Position numbers and translations under genes: made by a program
Notes under the pieces: generated by a model
The model's input: the letters and a program-made list of their open reading frames with translations, nothing else
Database searches by the model: none
Told to the model about the DNA's origin: nothing
Source of the DNA: an uncultured delta proteobacterium
GTDB taxonomy: Bacteria > Desulfobacterota > Desulfuromonadia > Geobacterales > DSM-12255
Assembly: GCA_963787125.1 (NCBI GenBank)
Contig: CAWBBV010000012.1
Location: 279,337-343,336, forward strand
Reading direction: 5' to 3'
Length of the DNA stretch: 64,000 bases
Part shown: positions 56,475 through 64,000 of the stretch, piece after piece
Position numbering within the stretch: the stretch's first letter is position 1
Layout: each line of letters begins with the position of its first letter

Positions 56475-58277
56475 ATGGTAAAAGTGCATTTAAAAACCGA
56501 TTTATTGGACAACATTGAATGCAATGTACTCTTATCCGCTATAGGGGATGGTTTGACGGTTCATGACCGGCAATTCATAATTGTTTACCAGAATAAAATG
56601 ATGAAGGAGCTTTTCGGTGACTGTACCGGTCAGCTCTGTTATGAAGCTTACGAGCATAGGAGTTCTGTCTGTCAGGATTGCCCTGTTGTCGCCTGTTTTG
56701 CTGATGGTGACGTTCATCGAGCTGAAAGAGCAATCGCTATTAACGGTAAAACTCATATATTCTCTAATACAGCTGCCCCGATTAGAGATAAAAATGGCAA
56801 TATAATTGCTGCTGTTGAAGTAACACGCGATATATCTGAACGCAAGCACGCAGAAGAGAGGCATATTCGCTTTAAAAACCTTTACGCTGCCTTGAGCCTT
56901 ACCAATAAAGCCATCATGCGTATTGACAATCACCAGGAGCTATTCTGCGAGATCTGCCGGATCGCTGTTGAGCATGGCAGATTCTCTCTCGTCACTATAG
57001 CTACTCTCGATGCAATAACAGGTCTTCTGATTCCAGTTGCTCACAGTGGTATTGCTGAAGATTACCTGAATTCCCTCGTTGTCAGTGCCAATGCCAATAG
57101 TGAAGTTGGTCAAGGTCCCACCGGGATAGCTTTTCGCTCAGGCACACCCTATATATGCAATGACTTCAACAATGATCCGGTGACATTGCCCTGGCGGAGC
57201 GCAGCCCAGAAACATGGCATCCACTCCTCTGCAGCATTTCCTCTAAGGCATGAAGATCGAATAATCGGGGTGCTCAAAGTATACTCCGAGCAGACTGGTT
57301 TCTTCGATACTGAAATTATCGAGCTGCTTCAGGAGATAGTAGCGAGTATTACCTTTGCACTTGACCACTACTCTGGTGAAGAGCGCCGCAGGCAGGCTGA
57401 AGCAGCACTGAGTGAAAGTGAAAATCGTTTAAAGCTCGTTCTTGAGGGGAGTCGCGAGGGATTTTGTGATTGGGATATTCCCAGCGGCGATGTAAAAGTA
57501 AGCCGTCGCTATGTAAAAATGCTTGGATACGAAAATGGTGATATTGAGCCGAAAGCTGTGGCTATCAGAGAATTGGTCCACCCCGAAGATCGTCCACTGG
57601 TTGACAGAATCTTTGACAATGAGAAAAGCGGCTTTCAGTCAGCCTTTGATATTGAAGTCCGGATGCTGACTAAAACAAACGAATGGAAATGGATTCTTTA
57701 TCGCGGCAAGGTAGTAGAACGTGATGCAACCGGTGCCCCGCTGCGCGTAACCGGGACATGCAGTGATATAAATGAAAGAAAACTCTATGAAGAGAGTCTC
57801 CGGTTCATCAGCACCCATGACCCGCTAACCGGTCTTTTCAACAGAGCATATTTCGAAACTGAAATGGCACGAATAACACAGGGCCGCGTTTATCCGGTCA
57901 GCATTTTTATTGCAGACATTGATGGTTTAAAGATGATCAATGACAGTTTTGGACACATTGAAGGCGATCGCCTGATAAAACAGGCCGCACAGGCCTTTAA
58001 AGATACTTTCAGGAACGAAGATCTTGTCGCCAGAATAGGTGGCGATGAATTTGCTATTATTCTTCCCAATACAGATGCAGTTGCAGCCAAGGAATTAATG
58101 AAACGGGTGCGTAGCTGTCAGGAGTTAGTCAACGAAGGGAATAGCGATTACATGTTGAGCATTTCAATTGGGTCGGCAGTCGCAGAACGGAGTGAACAGC
58201 TTAATGAAGCGCTCAAATTGGCTGATTCCAGGATGTACTACTATAAACTGCAGCGAAAATTACAAGCGTCAAAATGA
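56475..58277 (+). CDS. PAS-GAF-PAS-GGDEF diguanylate cyclase
   Basis: CYE...C..CPV PAS; GAF (GQGPTG, SSAAFPL); DPLTGLFNR, RNED I-site, GGDEF. Confidence 0.9.
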   Translation: MVKVHLKTDLLDNIECNVLLSAIGDGLTVHDRQFIIVYQNKMMKELFGDCTGQLCYEAYEHRSSVCQDCPVVACFADGDVHRAERAIAINGKTHIFSNTAAPIRDKNGNIIAAVEVTRDISERKHAEERHIRFKNLYAALSLTNKAIMRIDNHQELFCEICRIAVEHGRFSLVTIATLDAITGLLIPVAHSGIAEDYLNSLVVSANANSEVGQGPTGIAFRSGTPYICNDFNNDPVTLPWRSAAQKHGIHSSAAFPLRHEDRIIGVLKVYSEQTGFFDTEIIELLQEIVASITFALDHYSGEERRRQAEAALSESENRLKLVLEGSREGFCDWDIPSGDVKVSRRYVKMLGYENGDIEPKAVAIRELVHPEDRPLVDRIFDNEKSGFQSAFDIEVRMLTKTNEWKWILYRGKVVERDATGAPLRVTGTCSDINERKLYEESLRFISTHDPLTGLFNRAYFETEMARITQGRVYPVSIFIADIDGLKMINDSFGHIEGDRLIKQAAQAFKDTFRNEDLVARIGGDEFAIILPNTDAVAAKELMKRVRSCQELVNEGNSDYMLSISIGSAVAERSEQLNEALKLADSRMYYYKLQRKLQASK

Positions 58278-58291
58278 TCAGAACCTTTCAA

Positions 58292-59158
58292 TCAGGCAAA
58301 GACCTTGCGATTTTTCTCAAGCTCGGCAATCACCTGGGCACCCAGTAACAGGATGATAGCCACTACCTGAACGATGATTAGCGCAACTACTGTTATTGCA
58401 ATTGAGCCGTATATGACATTTACAGTTGTTGTGACCGAATAATACCAAACCATCAAGCGCCTGGTTAGCTCCCACAAAAACGCAGCAGTAACCCCGCCGC
58501 TCAGTGCGTGGCTGAATCTGACCCTGACAACAGGCATTACCAGATATATCGAAGTGAACATCAACACCTCGCCCACAATCCCCAAGATATAGAAAGTTAC
58601 CCAGGTGGCGACACCCGGGTTCAAACTCCAACCAAAAACTGACATCTGACTGTTTTCAAGTGTGTCGATTACCCCGACAACAACCGATACCAACAGAATG
58701 CCAACTCCGATTACGAATATATACAAATAGGGGATGATTGCTGAAACCAGAAAATTGCGGCGATTCATTTTAACATGATCAGAAAATATGACCGACATGG
58801 AACTTTCAAGCATGGAAAATGCCGTAGAACTAAAAAACAGCAGTCCAAGGAAACCTATGATCCCAATCACCCTGCGGTTATTGAGGAAGACCTTCGTCTG
58901 CTCGGTCAATATACCCGCATAGCCGGGTATGACCATTTCCAGATATCCTGACAGGGTGTGAATCAGTTGCTGTTCATCAATAAACTGCGTCAAGACAACA
59001 AGGGCAAGAATTGACATCGGTACGATCGACATTAAGGTGTAATATGCAAGCGCACCCGACATCAGTAACCCCTGATTTTTAACGAATCCACGCATTACCA
59101 GTAACAGGAAGTCAGCAATTCTGCCGTAATGAGTTTCCCTGCGGACTTTCCTTGTCAA
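58292..59158 (-). CDS. YihY/virulence factor BrkB family membrane protein
   Basis: ALAYYTLMSIVP, YGSI, LLLGAQ; multi-TM. Confidence 0.85.
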   Translation of the reverse strand: MTRKVRRETHYGRIADFLLLVMRGFVKNQGLLMSGALAYYTLMSIVPMSILALVVLTQFIDEQQLIHTLSGYLEMVIPGYAGILTEQTKVFLNNRRVIGIIGFLGLLFFSSTAFSMLESSMSVIFSDHVKMNRRNFLVSAIIPYLYIFVIGVGILLVSVVVGVIDTLENSQMSVFGWSLNPGVATWVTFYILGIVGEVLMFTSIYLVMPVVRVRFSHALSGGVTAAFLWELTRRLMVWYYSVTTTVNVIYGSIAITVVALIIVQVVAIILLLGAQVIAELEKNRKVFA

Positions 59159-59832
59159 GACAGTAGAACCAGAACCGCTTTTGCAACTGTCTCTGCTGAT
59201 GACGGGTTTTGACCGGTGATCAGGTTCCCGTCACTCACAAAATACGGCTGCCAATCCGGGGCTTTGGAATAATTTCCACCACATTTTTTCAATTCATCTT
59301 CAACGAGAAATGGCACGATATCATTCAACCCGACTACTGTTTCCTGCGAATTGGAAAGTCCGGTAACAGATTTACCCTGCACCAGTGGTGAGCATTCCGG
59401 TGACCTTGCGTGGATCAAAACTCCTGCAGCGTGGCAAACTACAGCAACCGGTTTACCCTGTGCATACATCGATTCTATTAAAGCGATCGAGTTTGAATCT
59501 TCGGCAAGATCCCATAAAAGCCCCTGCCCTCCCGGGTAAAACAGAGCATCAAAGTCTGCGGGAATAATGTCTTTCAATTTAACCGTATTCGCTAATGCTG
59601 CCTCTGCTTCCGTGTCAGCAATAAATCGTTCGGTTGCAACTGTTTGAAACTCTTTTTCATTACTTTTCGGATCAAGAGGAGGACGTCCGCCTTTTGGTGA
59701 CGCCAAAGTAATTTCAGCTCCTGAATCTTTAAAAATATAATATGGGGCGGCTAGCGCTTCCAGCCAGAAACCGGTTATCTTGCCCGAAAGTTCAATTTCC
59801 TTGTGTGATGTCAGCACGATTAGTATCTTCAT
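59155..59832 (-). CDS. DJ-1/PfpI (type 1 glutamine amidotransferase-like) protein
   Basis: MKILIVLTSH, TGFWLE, YPGG, VCH nucleophile, LITGQNPSS. Confidence 0.9.
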   Translation of the reverse strand: MKILIVLTSHKEIELSGKITGFWLEALAAPYYIFKDSGAEITLASPKGGRPPLDPKSNEKEFQTVATERFIADTEAEAALANTVKLKDIIPADFDALFYPGGQGLLWDLAEDSNSIALIESMYAQGKPVAVVCHAAGVLIHARSPECSPLVQGKSVTGLSNSQETVVGLNDIVPFLVEDELKKCGGNYSKAPDWQPYFVSDGNLITGQNPSSAETVAKAVLVLLS

Positions 59833-59860
59833 GGCGTACCCTCCTTGCTGAAACTTATCG

Positions 59861-60063
59861 TTAGTTCAACCTGCTATTTTTCAGCGAGTTACTTACTCTT
59901 TCATCAAGCATAAGCTTAAGATCATCCACATTTACCCGTACGACCTCATCACCAGTTTGCACGGCACGCACTACCCCCTTTTTTACCCACTGTAGAATCA
60001 AAGGCTTTGCAAGAGAGTATTTTGCGACAGCATCCTCCATTGTCACCCATGTAATACCGAGGA
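59861..60063 (-). pseudogene. Small MerR/excisionase-like HTH gene interrupted at its 5' end by IS21
   Basis: Removing the IS and one TSD restores GGAG-N7-ATG (62642) TTC CTC GGT ATT...: MFLGITWVTMEDAVAKYSLAKPLILQWVKKGVVR...VNVDDL. Confidence 0.7.
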
Positions 60064-60252
60064 TGTCGAGGACCATGGTAAATTTCCACTTTAGACAAGG
60101 TGTGACCAAAGTTATTTGCCACCCCCTGGGTCAACTTAATTTGCCAGTTTAGTCGATACCGGGACCAGAGTTATTTGCCACTTTGGATTTTTTAGGGGAG
60201 CCAACCAGCATGACAGTATTCTGCATGGAATTATTTCCAGACAGGAGCTGCT

Positions 60253-61803
60253 ATGTCGCGAAGGAGAATCCCCATGATCGAATTGAACGAAGTTGTCTAT
60301 CACTGGCAAAAAGGGCAGAACAATAGTCAAATTGCCAGAAGTCTCGGCATTTCCCGGCCAACCGTCAGAAAGTATCTTGACGCGGCAAAGGCTGCCGGTC
60401 TTACCAGAGAAGATGGTGAAACACCCGCTGCCATTGCGGAGAACGTCATGGCCGCAGTAGCCAAGGCAGCCAAACCTGCTTCATCTGCTGTCGGTGCGGT
60501 GCAGGAGGTCATAGGCCTGCACAAAGAGCAGATAATCAGCTGGCTCGATGAGCCGAATATGACTGCCAAGCAGATCTGTCGCCTACTTGAAGAACAGGGC
60601 TACCCTTTCAACTACTCCAGTCTCAAACGATACGTAAAAAAGCTTAAACCGGATAATTCCCAGAGAGTAACTGTCCGGTTGGAAACATCCGCCGGAGAAC
60701 AGGCCCAGGTTGACTTTGGTCAGGTAGCCCTTACTCTGGGTGACCAGAAGAAGAGGGTCTGGGCCTTTGTCATGACCCTTTCTTACAGTCGCCATCGCTT
60801 TGTCCGCTTCGTTGAACGCCAGGACACAACGAACTGGCTTGACTGTCATATCCGGGCCTTTGAATTCTTTGGCGGTTGCCCCAGAACCGTCCTTTTGGAC
60901 AACCTCAAGGCTGGTGTTGTCAAAGCCGACCTGTATGACCCGATCATCAACCGGGCGTATGCAGAACTAGAGCGGCATTACGGCTTTGTTGCCGATCCGG
61001 CCAAAGTGAGAACTCCGGAGCACAAAGGGAAAGTTGAGCGCTCCATGCCCACGGTGCGGCAGCAGCTGGCTGCCGGGCGGCAGTATCAGGATCTTGCCGA
61101 CGCCAACGAAAAGGCGCTTGCCTGGTCACTAACCGGCATTGGCAAGGAAAAGCACGGCACCACTAAAGAAGAACCGCTGCTGCGCTTTGAGCGGGACGAG
61201 AAGAACACCCTTATCCCTTTGCCGGGCAGCAGGTTCGAGACCCCACTCTGGAAAGAGTGCACAGTTCACCCTGATCACCATCTGGTCTTTGACAAGAGCT
61301 ACTATTCTGTTCCGACCAGATATGTGGGCAAAAAAGTCTGGGCGCGGGGCACCTTCCGCTTGACCGAGATCTTCCTTGAGGGAGAGTTGATCAAGTGCCA
61401 TGTTCGGGCACACAAACCCGGCACATGGCGTACAGACGAAAACGATTATCCGGAAAAAGCCAAGGCGTTTCTTTTTGCTCACCCCACCTGGTGCCGCCAG
61501 CAGGCTGAGACATTCGGCGAAGATGTGGGCCGCATGGTGCGAGAAGTTCTGGAACCTCACTCTCTCCAGAATCTACGCAAGGCTCAGGCAGTCCTCAGAT
61601 TTGCCGATAAGTATGGTGCTGCCAAACTCAATGATGCCTGCCGGCATCTGCTCTCTTTTGGCTCCACATCAAGACAGAGCCTGCAAAGGATTCTGGAGAA
61701 CGGTATCCCCAGGCAACAGGAGTTGCCGACCGTCCCGGCCATTTCCACTGAAGGTGAACAGTGCCTGCATCCGGCAACCAGTTTCGGGGAGGTGGCAGCA
61801 TGA
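60253..61803 (+). CDS. istA: IS21 transposase
   Basis: N-terminal HTH, QAQVDFG, LLDNLK, KGKVER. Confidence 0.93.
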   Translation: MSRRRIPMIELNEVVYHWQKGQNNSQIARSLGISRPTVRKYLDAAKAAGLTREDGETPAAIAENVMAAVAKAAKPASSAVGAVQEVIGLHKEQIISWLDEPNMTAKQICRLLEEQGYPFNYSSLKRYVKKLKPDNSQRVTVRLETSAGEQAQVDFGQVALTLGDQKKRVWAFVMTLSYSRHRFVRFVERQDTTNWLDCHIRAFEFFGGCPRTVLLDNLKAGVVKADLYDPIINRAYAELERHYGFVADPAKVRTPEHKGKVERSMPTVRQQLAAGRQYQDLADANEKALAWSLTGIGKEKHGTTKEEPLLRFERDEKNTLIPLPGSRFETPLWKECTVHPDHHLVFDKSYYSVPTRYVGKKVWARGTFRLTEIFLEGELIKCHVRAHKPGTWRTDENDYPEKAKAFLFAHPTWCRQQAETFGEDVGRMVREVLEPHSLQNLRKAQAVLRFADKYGAAKLNDACRHLLSFGSTSRQSLQRILENGIPRQQELPTVPAISTEGEQCLHPATSFGEVAA

Positions 61804-62552
61804 GCATCTCCCCACTACTAACGTCCCGCTTGAAGCTGCTCAGACTCTCCGGCATTCTCGAATCACTGGACCTGCGGCTTGAGCAGGCACGAAGCAACAA
61901 TCTCGGTTATCTGGAGTTTATGGAACTGATTGTTCAGGATGAGACTGAACGCCGGGAAGCGAATACCCTTAATCAGCGGCTTAAGAAAGCTTCCTTTGAA
62001 GAGCCGAAGTGTATCGAAGAGTTTCAGTTCGCCCAGTTGACCGGGGTCAATGTGGCGGCCATCAAGGATCTAGCGACCGGTCTGTTCATCAGGAAAAAAG
62101 AGCATGTGATTCTTTACGGCCCGCCAGGAGTCGGCAAGACCCACCTTGCTCAGGCACTGGGCAACCGGGCATGTCGCATCGGTCATTCCACCCTGTTTAT
62201 CAAGGGAACCAAGCTGTTTCGAAACCTCAACACAGCAAGGGCTGACGGCACTTGGGAGAAAGCCTTGAGAAAACTCCTCGCTCCGGACCTTCTGATAATT
62301 GACGACTTCGGCCTCAGCGCCATGACCATGCCACAGGCTGAGGAGTTCTATGAAATCATTGCCGAACGCCACCAGCGAGGCTCTATAATTATCACTTCAA
62401 ACCGTCCGCCAGGTGACTGGCTGTCGCTCTTCCCGGATCAGGTGATGGCCAATTCGGCAATGGACCGACTGGCACACCGGGCTCATCACATTGCTATGAA
62501 AGGAGAGTCATTTAGAAAGAAAACAAGACCTCAAAAACCGTCAGCAGATTAA
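61800..62552 (+). CDS. istB: IS21 helper ATPase
   Basis: GPPGVGKTHLA, LLIIDDFG, ITSNR, DRL; ATGA overlap with istA. Confidence 0.93.
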   Translation: MSISPLLTSRLKLLRLSGILESLDLRLEQARSNNLGYLEFMELIVQDETERREANTLNQRLKKASFEEPKCIEEFQFAQLTGVNVAAIKDLATGLFIRKKEHVILYGPPGVGKTHLAQALGNRACRIGHSTLFIKGTKLFRNLNTARADGTWEKALRKLLAPDLLIIDDFGLSAMTMPQAEEFYEIIAERHQRGSIIITSNRPPGDWLSLFPDQVMANSAMDRLAHRAHHIAMKGESFRKKTRPQKPSAD

Positions 62553-62723
62553 CTACAACGCTACCCCTGAAAATCCTAAAGTGGCAAATAACTTTGATCC
62601 TGGGGGTGGCAAATTAACCTGGTCCTTGACACCGAGGAACATAACTATTCTCCTTTTGACCTGAATATCAGTAAAAAATGCAGTCTGAGGTCTGCAATCT
62701 GCCTTGTCGTATAAAAATATGTT

Positions 62724-62873
62724 TTACAGAACTCTCCGCCCCTGAATGATGCGTACCAACACAGTAATTACCGCAATAACCAGTAGTATGTGAATCAAAC
62801 CGCCCATGGTATATGAAGTAACAACCCCCAGAAGCCAGAGCACTATCAAAACTACACAGATTGTCCAGAGCAT
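62724..62873 (-). CDS. lmo0937-family small membrane protein (49 aa)
   Basis: Below the ORF-track cutoff; MLWTICVVLIVLWLLGVVTSYTMGGLIHILLVIAVITVLVRIIQGRRVL; AAGGGG RBS. Confidence 0.85.
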   Translation of the reverse strand: MLWTICVVLIVLWLLGVVTSYTMGGLIHILLVIAVITVLVRIIQGRRVL

Positions 62874-62942
62874 GAAATTCCCCTTTCAGTAGCGAATGCT
62901 ACTTTTGTTATTAATCAATTAAGAAACATTTCTTTAGTCATT

Positions 62943-62966
62943 AAAAAGACCCGCCGTAGCGGGCCT
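62943..62966 (-). terminator. Intrinsic terminator after the lipoprotein gene
   Basis: CCCGC-CGTA-GCGGG stem with A5 on the left (U-tract on minus strand). Confidence 0.6.
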
Positions 62967-62978
62967 CTGTTTGAAGGT

Positions 62979-63626
62979 CTATTTTCCCTTGTGATACAGT
63001 TCAAGTTTTATTTCATCCAGAGCCGCTATTACCGGCTTCAGGGATGCCTTGAGATTGTTAAGATTCTCGATACTTTTTTGGGCAACGGGAGCAACCCCTT
63101 CGATCCCTTTAGGCGTTAAATCGTTGGACAGGTATTTCTGGATTTCTTTCAGATCACTCAGGTAAGCGTTATATGAGCCTTTGACACCATCGTTTGCGGC
63201 TGGAACCTGAGCGTAGATTTCAGCCAATTTGCTGCGACGGTCTACACTGAGTTCACGAATCTCCGCATTTTTAAAAGTGTCTCCGTCCTTTTCCCACTCT
63301 TCAAAATACTCTCTGCTGCGCAGTTTCATTTCGTCCAGGCGTTTGATGGCCTGCTTACCTTCTTTTTCTAACTTCTCGACATTGTTGGAATATTTATTAA
63401 ATGATTTCTTCGGATCAGCTTTGTCTGCAGTGACAAGAGTATCAAGTGAAACAGCCGTGACATCAATCTGAACCATCAAATCCCTGATTTCTTTATCCAC
63501 ATGCTTTATCGAGTTAGAGGTCTTGACGGAGCGATCCATACCGGTGGTTGCGCATCCGCTCATAAAAGCGGCTGACGCGAGTAGAGCTACTGTGAATAAA
63601 GCCAATGAGTGCTGTCTGAGTTTCAT
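62979..63626 (-). CDS. DUF2959-like coiled-coil lipoprotein
   Basis: Lipobox MSGC; YFEEW, YLSNDLT..GI. Confidence 0.7.
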   Translation of the reverse strand: MKLRQHSLALFTVALLASAAFMSGCATTGMDRSVKTSNSIKHVDKEIRDLMVQIDVTAVSLDTLVTADKADPKKSFNKYSNNVEKLEKEGKQAIKRLDEMKLRSREYFEEWEKDGDTFKNAEIRELSVDRRSKLAEIYAQVPAANDGVKGSYNAYLSDLKEIQKYLSNDLTPKGIEGVAPVAQKSIENLNNLKASLKPVIAALDEIKLELYHKGK

Positions 63627-64000
63627 GTGGTCTCCTTTGGTGATGCTGTAGTAGTGATTTATGTTGCGATTACAACCTGCGGTTCCTGAGTTTGTTGTTA
63701 ACAGCGAACAATACTTGTCTTCCCTTTATCAGCAATAGGCCTACCAATTGCTGAATAAAAAAATAAACTTTAATTTAGTCCATAAAAACAGGAGATTAGG
63801 TCAACAAAGACGATAATTGAATGAGTGTGGGTAAACCGCACGGCCTCTATATTTGGTAGAACCTTATCATTTGGCGGGTAAATTTGAAGGGGTGACTGTC
63901 GTCTGAAGTATTATCAATCGCACCGTCATATTTGGGGGATATGTCAAATCCGAAGGATATATCTGACAGTTATTCATGAAGTCCTTTCCCTGGTTTTACT

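Larger units (their letters stand above)
60064..62631 (+). mobile_element. IS21-family insertion sequence (2568 bp)
   Basis: Ends TGTCGAGGACC... / ...GGTCCTTGACA; 7 bp TSD CCGAGGA (60057-60063, 62632-62638); repeated TTATTTGCCAC boxes at both ends; istA-istB. Confidence 0.93.

Noticed and set aside
56475..58277. Second GGDEF as the cGAMP synthase
   Set aside because: NDSFGHIEGD also keeps the Asp; any Hypr enzyme must be outside the window.
60064..60185. Short repeats TTATTTGCCAC as a CRISPR or iteron array
   Set aside because: They are the multiple terminal repeats typical of IS21 ends and are mirrored at 62581-62631; no spacers or cas genes.
1..64000. tRNA, rRNA, CRISPR arrays, prophage, defence systems, multiheme cytochromes
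   Set aside because: None recognised by eye; no CxxCH-rich ORFs in the track. tRNAscan/Infernal would be needed to exclude small RNAs.
63627..64000. Possible short ORFs or regulatory elements at the right end
   Set aside because: Only a ~36-codon minus-strand ORF without recognisable features; not supportable.

Overview
Bacterial chromosomal segment, most likely Geobacteraceae/Desulfuromonadales (GSU3473-family gene, Geobacter-type GEMM-I riboswitches, PEP-CTERM system). Most of the window is an exosortase-A/PEP-CTERM exopolysaccharide locus. The minus-strand export operon runs prsT, priming sugar transferase, wza, chain-length protein, tyrosine kinase, ATPase, OM barrel, deacetylase, wzm/wzt, GNATs and aminotransferase. 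The plus-strand operon is xrtA-epsI-dehydrogenase-epimerase-prsK-prsR. Glycosyltransferases, an FkbH-like gene, one PEP-CTERM protein and five large secreted Ig-domain/carbohydrate-active proteins lie around these. A ~10 kb signalling block sits between prsT and xrtA: REC-PAS-GGDEF, Crp/Fnr, PilZ, hybrid kinase, a degenerate GlmS-like SIS protein and two NtrC-type activators. Non-coding structure read directly from the sequence: (i) eight sigma-54-like promoters, four with a TGTCR-N7-TWACR site 62-63 bp upstream; (ii) two near-identical GEMM-I riboswitches of the A20 (3',3'-cGAMP-type) class, each preceded by a perfect CRP box and a shared promoter-like motif at identical spacing; (iii) an IS6-like element with a probable -1 frameshift, an IS21 element splitting a small HTH gene, two inverted copies of a ~164 bp MITE, a further palindromic element and a 28 bp perfect hairpin. 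The most interesting inference is a layered circuit: PrsK/PrsR-sigma54 -> DGC + Crp -> CRP box + cGAMP riboswitch -> two secreted proteins, which might join by FN3 strand complementation. All family assignments are by motif recognition, not database search.
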